Source: Chloroflexota bacterium (GTDB taxonomy: Bacteria > Chloroflexota > UBA11872 > VXOZ01). From it: DNA of 64,000 bases. Positions within the stretch are counted from its first letter, which is position 1; each line of letters begins with the position of its first letter. The notes beneath the pieces were generated by a model. That model was not told where the DNA came from. It did no database searches and saw only the letters and a program-made list of their open reading frames with translations. Both the position numbers and the translations under genes were made by a program. Shown piece by piece: positions 46,150-55,467 of the stretch. The stretch covers positions 256,001 to 320,000 of the forward strand of contig CAXXVD010000001.1 in the NCBI GenBank assembly GCA_963662335.2, in the 5' to 3' direction.

Positions 46150-47196
46150 TCAAGCGCCGCTTGGGGCAGACACAGTCTCAGCCGCGAATGCATACTCTTT
46201 AAACTCATTCTCGCAGGGACGCCCCCGCGCGATGAGCATGCGGCGTTCGGCCGGTAACATCACGTAGCCGATTACGGTGTGCATCACCGGCCCGTGCTGG
46301 CAGATTGACGTGGGGTCGGCGTGCGCCCGCGCGATCGCGATCACCTGCTCCAGGGAGTGCGGCTGCTCAGCCGTCAGTTGCGCCAGCAGGTCATAGCGGC
46401 CGTGGCTGTTGGCCATGAAGGTCTCGTTGTTCGCGCGCAGCATGGGCTTCACGTCATCGACCAAGCAATGGTTGGAAGCCCACAGAGCGTGGTCGTCCAG
46501 AGGCCGCACGCCCATGGCGGTCGGCGTGCGTTCGACCACCGCGCCGCTGCCGGCCGCGTCGGTGAACACCAGGTTGTGGCCGTGGGACATGATCGGCGTG
46601 CGCTCGACCAGGGCTAGCGCGCCGTCCACGTCGGCGGGGTACTGCAAGAAGTAGCGCAAGGCGATGTTGGCGGGAATGCCCGCGTCCCAGTCGCTGTCGG
46701 CGTTGGGCAGGCTGCCGCCGCCGTAGGTAAGTCCGGCCTCGTTGACACCGGCGTTCATCCAAACGGTGCCGGCCCACGTGGCGCCGATGAAGTCGCGGCC
46801 GGTCGCGGGATGCGCCTCCAGATAGACGTGGAACTTGAGGGCCTCCAGGCTCACGTCGTTTGACTTGTAGTGCACGACGCCGTGGTCGGGCGTGACCAGC
46901 ACGAAGTTCGTGCACCCTTGCTGCATGCGTCCCAACTCCTGACAGGAGTTGTAGGCCAGCAGGTCGTCGTAAGGCACACCGGCGCCGTCGGCGATGCCGC
47001 GCAATTCTTCCAGCGCCTCCGGGAAAACGGCCCCCAGGTTGCGCTCCACCTGCGCCAGCACCCGCGCCGAGTGCGCCGCCGTGAACCGTCCCTTCGGGAT
47101 TACCATCTCAATAGCCGCGGCCACCAGGTCGCCGAAGGCCTCGCCCTGCTGGCGGCCCATCTCGTACGGCGTCCCGCTCAAGACTACTTTACGCAT
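46150..47196 (-). CDS. Peptidase C45 / acyl-CoA:6-APA acyltransferase-like Ntn hydrolase
   Basis: LSGTPYEMGRQQG, EELRGIADGAG, GCT autoproteolysis site, GVNEAGL. Confidence 0.88.
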   Translation of the reverse strand: MRKVVLSGTPYEMGRQQGEAFGDLVAAAIEMVIPKGRFTAAHSARVLAQVERNLGAVFPEALEELRGIADGAGVPYDDLLAYNSCQELGRMQQGCTNFVLVTPDHGVVHYKSNDVSLEALKFHVYLEAHPATGRDFIGATWAGTVWMNAGVNEAGLTYGGGSLPNADSDWDAGIPANIALRYFLQYPADVDGALALVERTPIMSHGHNLVFTDAAGSGAVVERTPTAMGVRPLDDHALWASNHCLVDDVKPMLRANNETFMANSHGRYDLLAQLTAEQPHSLEQVIAIARAHADPTSICQHGPVMHTVIGYVMLPAERRMLIARGRPCENEFKEYAFAAETVSAPSGA

Positions 47197-47267
47197 TGCT
47201 CTGCTCTCCTCGTCTGCAAAATGCTTCGTGCCCTGCCTACGCTTATGTCCACCTCTTTCGCCAAGAG

Positions 47268-47362
47268 GCGGGGGACAAGCCCCCGCGCTACGTTAATGAG
47301 GCAGTATTGGGGGACGAGCCCCCTTGCTACGCCCTAGATTCCTCGCTGCGCTCGGAATGACA
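47268..47362. repeat. Cluster of two GTAG-type REPs and a half TGTCATTCC repeat
   Basis: gcgggggacaagcccccgcgctac (47268-47291), gggggacgagcccccttgctac, tagattcctcgctgcgctcggaatgaca (47335-47362). Confidence 0.85.
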
Positions 47363-47435
47363 TAGAAGGTCCACTCCGGCAAGCAAAATCGCGTATCAGT
47401 TTATCCTTCTCTTCGCACGGAATCCAGCCCTGCGG

Positions 47436-48644
47436 CTACGCGACAGCCAGATACGGCGCCAGCGCGTCGCCCAGCAGCGTTTCCAGATGCGGCGTCACGT
47501 TCCAGAACGCTTTCAAGCGCTGGTACTCCTGTGCGGCGGCGCTATCGCCCGGCGCGCGCGACTTCACGGCGCGGATGAGCAGGTTGCGCGTTGTGTGCTC
47601 CGGCGAGACGAACTCCACCACGTCCGCGCGGTAGCCCATGATACGCAGCACGAGGGCGCGGAAAGCGTCGGTGAGGATGTCCGCGGTGCGTTGCTTCAGG
47701 ATGCCGTGCCGCAAGACCGGCTGGAAGTCCGGGTGCCGCACCCGGTCGTGCAACTCGTGTTGGCAGCAGGGGGCCGCCAGAATCACCTGGCCGCCCCAGC
47801 GGATGCCTTGGGCAAGCGCTTCGTCGGTGGCGGTGTCGCAGGCGTGCAGGCTCAGGACAACGTCCGGCGGCGCGTCCGGCGCGAACGCCGCAATCGTCGA
47901 CTCGTGAAACGCCAGGCCCTCCCACTGCAAGGTCTCCCGGAGCCGCCGGCACTTGGCGATGGCTGCCGGGTCCGAGTCAACGCCAATCACCTGCGTGGGG
48001 CGGCCTTGCAGGTGGGCGCAGTAGTGGTACGCGCCAAACGTCAGGTAGGCGCTGCCGCAGCCGGCATCGACAATCGTCAAGGGGCGCTCCGCCGTTTCCG
48101 CGGCCGGCAGCACGTGGCCAAACAATTCTAAGAAGGTATTGACCTGCCGGAACTTGCCGCGCATCCCCGGGCGCACGTTGCCCTCCCGGTCCGTGATGCC
48201 GCACGTCCACAGGAACGTATCCGGCTTGCCCACGGGCAGCAGATGCCGTTTCGTCCGATCATGGGCCAGATCTGGCCGCGCATCCGAGCGCGAGGGCTTG
48301 CCGCGGGAGATCAGCGCCTTGCCCTTCTTGGTCAGACGCACGTGAAGATCGCCGCTGGTCGCTTGCACGTGATACCGGCCAAATGAAGCGGCCAGCACCT
48401 CATCCAATTTGGCCGAGGAGTCCGCGCCGTTGAAATTGCGCGTGTGGCCCTGCTTGCCGTCGAAATAGGTGAATTGCAGCCGGCGCTCGCCCTGGACTGC
48501 CACGGGACGCACCGCCACTTTCCGCCACGGCGGCGCGCCGCCGCGCGCCTGCCCGCTGGCGGTGAACCGGAGGAAGGTCTCTTCCCGCCGCACCGCCGCG
48601 CGTATCGCCGCGCGGTAGTCTTCTTGTGGTGGCTCAACAGACAT
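47436..48644 (-). CDS. SAM-dependent methyltransferase (Methyltrans_32-like)
   Basis: HDRTKR, KFRQVN, VDAGCGSAYLTF, LHACDTATD, APCCQHEL. Confidence 0.88.
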   Translation of the reverse strand: MSVEPPQEDYRAAIRAAVRREETFLRFTASGQARGGAPPWRKVAVRPVAVQGERRLQFTYFDGKQGHTRNFNGADSSAKLDEVLAASFGRYHVQATSGDLHVRLTKKGKALISRGKPSRSDARPDLAHDRTKRHLLPVGKPDTFLWTCGITDREGNVRPGMRGKFRQVNTFLELFGHVLPAAETAERPLTIVDAGCGSAYLTFGAYHYCAHLQGRPTQVIGVDSDPAAIAKCRRLRETLQWEGLAFHESTIAAFAPDAPPDVVLSLHACDTATDEALAQGIRWGGQVILAAPCCQHELHDRVRHPDFQPVLRHGILKQRTADILTDAFRALVLRIMGYRADVVEFVSPEHTTRNLLIRAVKSRAPGDSAAAQEYQRLKAFWNVTPHLETLLGDALAPYLAVA

Positions 48645-48682
48645 GGGTAGGGAAGAATCGCGCCGCACGCGCGGCGCCAAAG

Positions 48683-49339
48683 CTACGGGGCGGTCTCTTC
48701 GAGCGCTTCCGGCGTGCGGTGCGTGCGGATGTACTCCAGGCTGCGGCGGTATTGGTCTTCAGCGATGAGTTGCTTGGACATGTAGAGGTTGAGCATGACC
48801 TCAAGCCGCAGGATTGGATAGAGACTGTACCCGTGGCGCTTCAGGCGCGCCTGGCCGCCCTGATCCCGGTCCACCAGGACAATCGCGTCGCGCACCACCA
48901 GTCCGGCCTCTTCCAGGATTGCGGCGGTTTGTAGAATACTGCCGCCGGAGGTGATCAGGTCGTCGATGATGAGCACGGTCTCGCCGGCCTCATAGCGTCC
49001 TTCGATGCGGTGTTCCCCGCCGGCGCCGCGCGCGTAGATCATAGGGACATTGGTCGCCAGCGAAAAAGCGGTCGCCAGGTGCAGCCCGCCGAACGGCACG
49101 CCCGCCACCAGCGTGAACGGGTGAATCTTCGGATGCCGCATGGCCTGCCCGGAACTGGTCTCCTGCGCGATGAGTTGGGCGGCGGCGCCAAGCGCCCGCG
49201 GATTGCTCACCAGCACCCGGGGATCGATGTAAATTGGCGAATGCACGGTCGTGCGGCCCAGGGTATAGTCGCCAAAGCGCACGCCGCCCAGCCGGAAGAG
49301 ATTCTCCGCCAGCCACAAGTTCGAGACCGGTTGCTCCAC
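48683..49339 (-). CDS. pyrE: Orotate phosphoribosyltransferase
   Basis: FGDYTL...SPIYID, AGVPFGGL, PRPP motif LIIDDLITSGGS, VLVDRDQGG; GTG start at 49339. Confidence 0.82.
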   Translation of the reverse strand: MEQPVSNLWLAENLFRLGGVRFGDYTLGRTTVHSPIYIDPRVLVSNPRALGAAAQLIAQETSSGQAMRHPKIHPFTLVAGVPFGGLHLATAFSLATNVPMIYARGAGGEHRIEGRYEAGETVLIIDDLITSGGSILQTAAILEEAGLVVRDAIVLVDRDQGGQARLKRHGYSLYPILRLEVMLNLYMSKQLIAEDQYRRSLEYIRTHRTPEALEETAP

Positions 49340-49566
49340 GCTACTCCCTTTCCCGTGGCTACCGTTGGTGTCGGACACACTATTATCCGATAGGGGCGAT
49401 TGGAATGTCAATTGGGCGGCAAGACGGCGCGAGAACATGCGACCGTAGCCTCAGTGGGCAAGCGAGACGCTCCACTTCGACTCTCGCCCAAGCCGGCTCC
49501 TCAATCCGTCATCCATATCCTCAATCCGTCATCCGGAGCCTCAACCTGTTATCCGGATCCTCGAGC

Positions 49567-49691
49567 TGTCATTCTGAGGAGCGCAGCGACGAAGAATCTA
49601 GAGCGCAGTGACGAAGTATCTCTATCGAAACAGAGCGACAGAGTATCTCAAGCTCCGCGACTCCAGATTCCTCGCTGCGCTCGGAATGACA
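49567..49691. repeat. TGTCATTC...GAATCT family inverted repeat (variant left arm)
   Basis: tgtcattctgaggagcgcagcgacgaagaatct ... agattcctcgctgcgctcggaatgaca. Confidence 0.85.
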
Positions 49692-49724
49692 GTCACGCAC
49701 GTCGCGCAGATGCCACGAACGCAC

Positions 49725-49797
49725 AGCCAGCGTAGAGGCCAAGCCAACATAGAGGTCGAGCCAGCGTAGAGGTCAAGCCAACGTAGAGGTCAAGCCA
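49725..49797 (+). repeat. Tandem 4.3 x 17 bp (AGCCARCGTAGAGGTCA)
   Basis: Units at 49725, 49742, 49759 and 49776, partial at 49793. Confidence 0.9.
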
Positions 49798-49937
49798 CCG
49801 AACGTTGATTCCATCGCTTGGCTGATTTCTTCGCTCGTCCCGCTTGTGCGTACGTGTATATCGTGGTATAGTATGTAGCCGCTATTGGGAACAATTCGCA
49901 ATATACACGTAGGCGCAGCTAGCGAGCGAGGCAGGGC

Positions 49938-52900
49938 ATGGCAGCAGCACAACAGGCCGATTCCGTACGCACCAGTTGGCGTCTCGCGCGCCTGACCCAA
50001 GGCGTGCGCGGCCGCATTGTCCTGGCCGCGCTCTTTGGCCTGGGGGCCGTTACCACCGGCGTGGCGCGCCTCTCCCTCTCCGGCACGGCCGTCGCCATGG
50101 TCTTCGAGCAGAAGCCCTTCGCGGAAATCATACTGATCTTGCTCGGCGTGCTCTTCCTGCCCATGCTGCGCATCGTCTTCACGATGGCGCAGCAGTTCAT
50201 CGCCCACGAGACGGCGGCCAAGATGAAAGTCACGCTGCGCACCAAGCTCTACGCGCACCTGCTGCGCCTCGGCCCCGGTTTCACCCAGAAGCAGCGCACC
50301 GGCGAGGTGGTGGTGAAGGCGGTAGATTCCGTGGAGCAGCTTGAGACGTTCTTTGGCCGCTACCTGCCGCAGCTTGTGGTGGCCGGCATCGCCCCGGTCG
50401 GCATTCTCATCTTCATGACGATTCTCGATTGGCACTCGGCCCTCATCTTCCTGCTCTTTGCCGTGCTCACGTATATCGCGCCCACGTTCTTCCGCCGCGC
50501 CACCTACCGCGCCAGCCGCGGCCGCTGGCAGGCGAACCGCGCGCTGAGCGCCGACTTCATCGACGCCATCCAGGGGCTTGCCACCCTGAAGATCTTTGGC
50601 CGCAGCGGCGAGTGGGGCCGCATGTTGGCCGGCCGGGCGCAGGCGCTCTCAACCTCAACCATGAAAGTGCTGGGCATCAACATCGCCTCCGGCGGCGTGA
50701 GCATGCTCTTCATGAGCCTCGGCGCGGCGACGGTGCTCGCCTGGGGCGCGGTGCGCGTCGATCAGGGCACGCTGGACCTCACCCCACTCATGATCGTGCT
50801 CTTCCTGGGCGTGGAAATCTTCCGCCCCCTGCGCGAACTGAACCAGCTCTACCACACCGGCCTGCTCGGCACCTCGTCCGCCATCGGCATGTTTTCCCTG
50901 CTGGACGAGCAGCCTGAGGTCGTGGATGTCGCCGACCGCCCCAACGCAGACGGCAGCGCGAAAAAAACCGGCTCCGCCGTCATTCCCGCGAATGCGGGAA
51001 TCCATCCTGATTCCGTCTCCCCCGAGAGCAACGGGGCCGCGACTCACGTGAGTGAAGCAATCCTCGAACCCAGCGTGGACTTCAAGAGCGTCACCTTCAC
51101 CTACGAGCAAGGCGACCGCCCGGCCCTGCACGAAGTCTCTTTTGCCGTGCCGGCCGGCTCCACCCTCGGCATCGTCGGCCCGTCCGGCGCGGGCAAGACC
51201 ACCGTCACCAACCTGCTGCTGCGCTTCTTCGATCCCCAGGCCGGCGTTATTCGCCTGGGCGGCCGCGACGTGCGCGAAATCCCGTTGGACGCCCTGCGGC
51301 GGCAGGTTTCGATCGTCGCCCAGGATACCTATCTCTTCCACGGCACCGTGCTGGAGAACATCCGGCTCGCCCGGCCCGAGGCTACGGACGAAGAGGTGCT
51401 GGCCGCGGCGCGGGCGGCGAACGCCCACGAGTTCATCCCGAAACTCCTCGACGGCTACGCCACCATCATCGGCGAGCGCGGACAGAAGCTCTCCGGCGGT
51501 CAGCGCCAGCGCCTGGCAATCGCGCGCGCCATTCTCAAGGACGCGCCGATCCTCATCCTGGACGAAGCCACCTCCCACGTGGACAGCGGCAACGAGGCGG
51601 TCATCCAGGAGGCGCTGGAGCGGCTGATGCAAAACCGCACCACGATCGTCATCGCGCACCGTCTCTCCACCGTGGCCGGCGCGGACCAGATTATCGTGCT
51701 CGACCAGGGCGCGTGCGTCGAACGGGGCACGCACGGCGCGCTGATGGCGCACGACGGCGTCTACGCCCGGCTCGTGGCGGCGCAAACCCGGCTGCCGGCC
51801 GGCGCAAACGGCGAGCCGCACGGCGCATTCAGCGCGACCAACGGCGAACCGGCGGCAAGCCGCGCGTCGGGCGCGGCGGCCCCCAGCCCGGACTCTCAAA
51901 CTGACAAAACAGGTTACGGCGAGGGCCACCTGCTGCGCGGCGCTCGCCATGCCAAACCGATCGAGCCGGTGCTGCTCGGCGCGTGGCCAACGACTGTGCG
52001 CCTCATGCGCCTCATCCGCCCGGAATGGCTGGAGTTTGCCGTCACCGTGGGCAGCGGTTTGGTCAAGGCCGGCGCTACCATTGCGCTTGGCGTGGCTAGC
52101 GCCATGCTCGCCGGCAGTGTCGCCACCGGCGGCGGCCTCGGCGCGCTCATTCCCGTCGTGCTCGCGCTGGCGGTCACGGTGGCGCTCTTCCACTGGATCG
52201 AAGCCTGGATTTCCCACGACATGGCCTACCGCATCCTGGCCGACATGCGCATCAAGCTCTTCGCCACCCTGGACCGCCTCGCTCCCGCGTACATGTACAG
52301 CCGCCGCAGCGGCGACCTGACCAGCATCGTCACCTCGGACATCGAGACCGTCGAGTCGTTCTTCGCCCACGCCGCCGGGCCGATACTGGTGGCGATCATG
52401 GTGCCGCTGGTGGCGCTCGTCTTCCTGCTCAACATGTCCTGGCTGCTTGCCCTCGCGCTGGTGCCCTTCCTCATTCTGGTGGGCCTGAGTCCCCACTACA
52501 TCGGCCGCCACACCGACCGGCTGGGCAACCGCCTGCGCGCGGAACTGGGCGAGGTGAACGCCCACATGGCGGATAGCGTACAGGGCCTGCGCGAAGTGGT
52601 GGTCTTTTCCCAGGATGGCCGCCGCTTGCGGGAAATCCACGATAAGAGCGCGGCGCTCACGGGACTCCAGGTGCGCTACGGCAAGCAACTGGGCTTCCAG
52701 CAGGGCGCGATCGAGGGCATCCAGGCCGTCGGCGCGCTGGTGGTGCTCATGCTCGGCGCGTACCTCGTCAACGAAGGGCTGCTCACGGCGGCGGCCTTGC
52801 CGGTCGCGACGATGCTGGCCCTGACCTGCTTTACGCCGGTGGCCGAAATCGCCCGCATCGTGAAAGAACTGGCAAACGCCTTCGGCTCCGGCCGCCGCGT

Positions 52901-53699
52901 CTTTGCCGTGCAGGACGAACCGCCGCCGGTGTCCGACGGGCAGGCCGTGCCGCCGGACACCGCCGCCGCGCCGGCGCTGGCGTTCGACGACGTCCACTTC
53001 AACTACGGCCCCGGCGAGCCCCAGGCCCTGAGCGGCGTCTCGTTCGCGGTCGAGGCCGGCCAGACCGTGGCCGTGGTCGGGCCGTCCGGCGCGGGCAAGA
53101 CCACCGTGGCCCACCTGCTCATGCGCTTCTGGGACCCGCAAGAGGGACGCATCACGTTTGGCGGCCGCGACCTGCGCGACTTCACGCTGGACGACCTGCG
53201 CAGCCGCATCGCGCTGGTCTCCCAGGACATCTACCTTTTCAACATGAGCATCCGGGAAAATCTGCGCCTGGCGCGGCCCGACGCCACCGACGCGGAGATC
53301 GAGGAAGCCGCCAAGCTGGCGAGCGCCCACGAGTTCATCCAGGCCTTCCCGCGCGGCTACGACTCCGTGGTTGGCGAGCGCGGCACGTCGATCTCCGGCG
53401 GCCAGCGGCAGCGCCTTGCCATCGCCCGCGCCCTGCTCAAGCAAGCGCCGGTCCTCATCCTGGACGAAGCCACCTCGCACCTGGACACTGAGAACGAACG
53501 CGAGGTGCGCGCGGCCATCGGCGAACTCATGCGGGGCCGCACCACCCTCGTCATCGCCCACCGCCTCTCCACCGTGCGCGACGCGGACACCATCATCGTC
53601 CTGGACGAGGGGCGCGTCAGCCAACAAGGCGCCCACGACGACCTTCTTGCCGCCGCGGGCACGTACGCCCAACTCGTCCGCGTCCAGGCGCAAATCTGA
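49938..53699 (+). CDS. Fused heterodimeric ABC exporter (TMD-NBD-TMD-NBD), CydDC/IrtAB-like
   Basis: Two GPSGAGKT Walker A motifs, LSGGQRQR/ISGGQRQR, two ILDEATSH; CydD-like YLPQ and CydC-like SHDMAYRILADMR. Confidence 0.9.
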   Translation: MAAAQQADSVRTSWRLARLTQGVRGRIVLAALFGLGAVTTGVARLSLSGTAVAMVFEQKPFAEIILILLGVLFLPMLRIVFTMAQQFIAHETAAKMKVTLRTKLYAHLLRLGPGFTQKQRTGEVVVKAVDSVEQLETFFGRYLPQLVVAGIAPVGILIFMTILDWHSALIFLLFAVLTYIAPTFFRRATYRASRGRWQANRALSADFIDAIQGLATLKIFGRSGEWGRMLAGRAQALSTSTMKVLGINIASGGVSMLFMSLGAATVLAWGAVRVDQGTLDLTPLMIVLFLGVEIFRPLRELNQLYHTGLLGTSSAIGMFSLLDEQPEVVDVADRPNADGSAKKTGSAVIPANAGIHPDSVSPESNGAATHVSEAILEPSVDFKSVTFTYEQGDRPALHEVSFAVPAGSTLGIVGPSGAGKTTVTNLLLRFFDPQAGVIRLGGRDVREIPLDALRRQVSIVAQDTYLFHGTVLENIRLARPEATDEEVLAAARAANAHEFIPKLLDGYATIIGERGQKLSGGQRQRLAIARAILKDAPILILDEATSHVDSGNEAVIQEALERLMQNRTTIVIAHRLSTVAGADQIIVLDQGACVERGTHGALMAHDGVYARLVAAQTRLPAGANGEPHGAFSATNGEPAASRASGAAAPSPDSQTDKTGYGEGHLLRGARHAKPIEPVLLGAWPTTVRLMRLIRPEWLEFAVTVGSGLVKAGATIALGVASAMLAGSVATGGGLGALIPVVLALAVTVALFHWIEAWISHDMAYRILADMRIKLFATLDRLAPAYMYSRRSGDLTSIVTSDIETVESFFAHAAGPILVAIMVPLVALVFLLNMSWLLALALVPFLILVGLSPHYIGRHTDRLGNRLRAELGEVNAHMADSVQGLREVVVFSQDGRRLREIHDKSAALTGLQVRYGKQLGFQQGAIEGIQAVGALVVLMLGAYLVNEGLLTAAALPVATMLALTCFTPVAEIARIVKELANAFGSGRRVFAVQDEPPPVSDGQAVPPDTAAAPALAFDDVHFNYGPGEPQALSGVSFAVEAGQTVAVVGPSGAGKTTVAHLLMRFWDPQEGRITFGGRDLRDFTLDDLRSRIALVSQDIYLFNMSIRENLRLARPDATDAEIEEAAKLASAHEFIQAFPRGYDSVVGERGTSISGGQRQRLAIARALLKQAPVLILDEATSHLDTENEREVRAAIGELMRGRTTLVIAHRLSTVRDADTIIVLDEGRVSQQGAHDDLLAAAGTYAQLVRVQAQI
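50977..51008 (+). repeat. GTCATTCCCGCG...GCGGGAATCCA palindrome in the ABC exporter linker
   Basis: Matches 21861-21892 at 31 of 32 nt; translated here as VIPANAGIHP. Confidence 0.88.
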
Positions 53700-53713
53700 C
53701 GCTCCGCATCCTG

Positions 53714-54228
53714 CCCCCCTCTCCCGGCGGAGAAAGCCCGGGCAAGGGGCGGCATCTCCGCTTCACTCCCAGAGCGATTGCCGCAACGTAGCGCGGGGGC
53801 TTGTCCCCCGCTGGAGCCATTGAAACTGGCACGTTAAGGATTGACCTACAAGATTCGCAGGTTGCAAACCTGCGCTACCGGAGATGCGAGGCGTGGTTCA
53901 CATCGCCATTTGAGTTTAATGCGACAGCATTAGGGCTTGTCCCCCGCCGAGGGCTGCGCCGCGCCTCAGCGGCAAGAGTGGATTGCCGCATTTGCGGCAA
54001 CTGTACGTGTTGACCGGTTCGTTAACCGGATCGCTTGATGACGTGACGAAACGGGCGCGACGCATTGCTGTCCCTAATGTCATTCCGAGCGAAGCGCAGC
54101 ATGTCATTCCGAACGAAGCGCTGCATGTCATTCCGAACGAAGCGCAGCGCAGTGAGGAATCTAGGGCGCTGCGCCTACAGCGCTCACTTTCATTCAGCCC
54201 TAGATTCCTCGCTGCGCTCGGAATGACA
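53714..54228. repeat. Composite REP cluster with at least four families
   Basis: Degenerate CCCTCTCCC type (53714-53749), GTAG type (53788-53812, about 53933), cgcaggttgcaaacctgcgctac (53841-53884), TGTCATTCC element with triplicated 24-bp left arm (54078-54228). Confidence 0.85.
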
Positions 54229-54434
54229 GGAGCTATGACCTCTCGCTAGCGGAATCGGATTCTGTCTACGAACTAGCCAACACTCACGGAGATGAAGGAT
54301 GGAATTCGCCGCCGGTTGCAGGGCGGCGCGGCGGCAACATATAATGGCAGAAGGTGGTCAAGGACCTGCGTCCCGGCTTGGGAGCGCGGCGCGGCGGCCC
54401 GCAGCGGCCAGTGCGCCGCAACGAGCCTGAGCCA

Positions 54435-54519
54435 GCCGAGGTGGCGAAATGGAAGACGCATGGGACTTAAACTCCCAGGAGCTCTAACGCTCGTGCCGGT
54501 TCGACTCCGGTCCTCGGCA
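54435..54519 (+). tRNA. tRNA-Leu(TAA), CCA not encoded
   Basis: Acceptor GCCGAGG/CCTCGGC plus A, anticodon arm TGGGA-CT TAA AC-TCCCA, long variable arm, GGTTCGACTCC T-arm. Confidence 0.95.
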
Positions 54520-54536
54520 CCGTAATCACACCTTTC

Positions 54537-54619
54537 TGCTTCCGGCGCAGGTTGGCTGGGCGTAGCGTGCGCCCTCCAAGCGGCGACCGGAGGCAAACCC
54601 AGAGGAAGGAAACACCTCT
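54537..54619 (+). promoter_or_regulatory. Candidate structured rpsF leader (S6:S18 autoregulation)
   Basis: Stem tgcttccgg/ccggaggca enclosing a gggcg/cgccc hairpin, then CCC and an agagg/cctct hairpin around the RBS. Confidence 0.35.
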
Positions 54620-54979
54620 ATGCGCCTCTACGAGCTTGTCGTCATCTTCCACCCGGAGATCGACCCCGATACCCTGGCGGCCCTCAGCGGCCGCATCGTC
54701 TCCGCCATCACCGACCACGAAGGCGAGGTGGTTGCGCGCCAGACCTGGGGACGGAAGCGTCTCGCCTATCCGATCAAGCACCTCCGCGACGGCTACTACG
54801 TGCTCTGGCACTTCCGCGCCGACGCGCCGACGCTGGTGAACGAGATCGAGAGCATGCTCATGATCTCCGAGCCCGTGCTGCGTTACCTGACGGTGCGCGC
54901 CGAGGGTCTGCCGCCGCTCACGCCGGATCAGGAGCCTGAACCCGCGGCCGCCGCGGCCGCAGAAAGCAAGGAAGCGTAA
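54620..54979 (+). CDS. rpsF: 30S ribosomal protein S6
   Basis: MRLYELVVIFHP, WGRKRLAYPI, VLRYL. Confidence 0.96.
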   Translation: MRLYELVVIFHPEIDPDTLAALSGRIVSAITDHEGEVVARQTWGRKRLAYPIKHLRDGYYVLWHFRADAPTLVNEIESMLMISEPVLRYLTVRAEGLPPLTPDQEPEPAAAAAAESKEA

Positions 54980-54981
54980 CT

Positions 54982-55410
54982 ATGGCAAACCTCAATAAGG
55001 TTATGATCATTGGACGCCTGGGCCGAGATCCTGAATTGCGCTACACATCGTCTGGAACGCCCGTGTGCAACTTCTCGGTGGCGGTTAGCCGTCGTTGGAA
55101 TAGCCGTGATGGTCAGCAGCAGGAAGAAACCGAATGGTTTCGTGTCTCCGCTTGGGAAAGGCTGGCCGAAACCTGCGCCAATTATCTTACCAAAGGGCAG
55201 CTAGTCTATATAGAAGGTCCGGTTAAGCTCGAACGCTGGACTGGCCGGGACGGGCAAGAGGGCGCCAGCCTGACGGTTAGAGCCTACACGATGCAGATGC
55301 TCGGCTCGCGGCGCGACCAGGGCATGTCCGGTTCCGGTGACGCGCCGGAAGAAGCCGGCGCGCCCGCAGACGCGGAAGAGCAAATCGACCCGGACGACCT
55401 GCCCTTCTAG
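54982..55410 (+). CDS. ssb: Single-stranded DNA-binding protein
   Basis: LNKVMIIGRLGRDPELRYT, ETEWF, C-terminal DDLPF. Confidence 0.97.
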   Translation: MANLNKVMIIGRLGRDPELRYTSSGTPVCNFSVAVSRRWNSRDGQQQEETEWFRVSAWERLAETCANYLTKGQLVYIEGPVKLERWTGRDGQEGASLTVRAYTMQMLGSRRDQGMSGSGDAPEEAGAPADAEEQIDPDDLPF

Positions 55411-55467
55411 GTCGTCAACAACCGCACGGCATCATTTACAATACAGCACACGAATTGAGGAATTCCC

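Noticed and set aside
54435-54519. tRNA-Sec supporting the UGA gene
   Set aside because: Anticodon is TAA with a 7-bp acceptor stem and discriminator A, so it is an ordinary tRNA-Leu; no sel genes are in this window.
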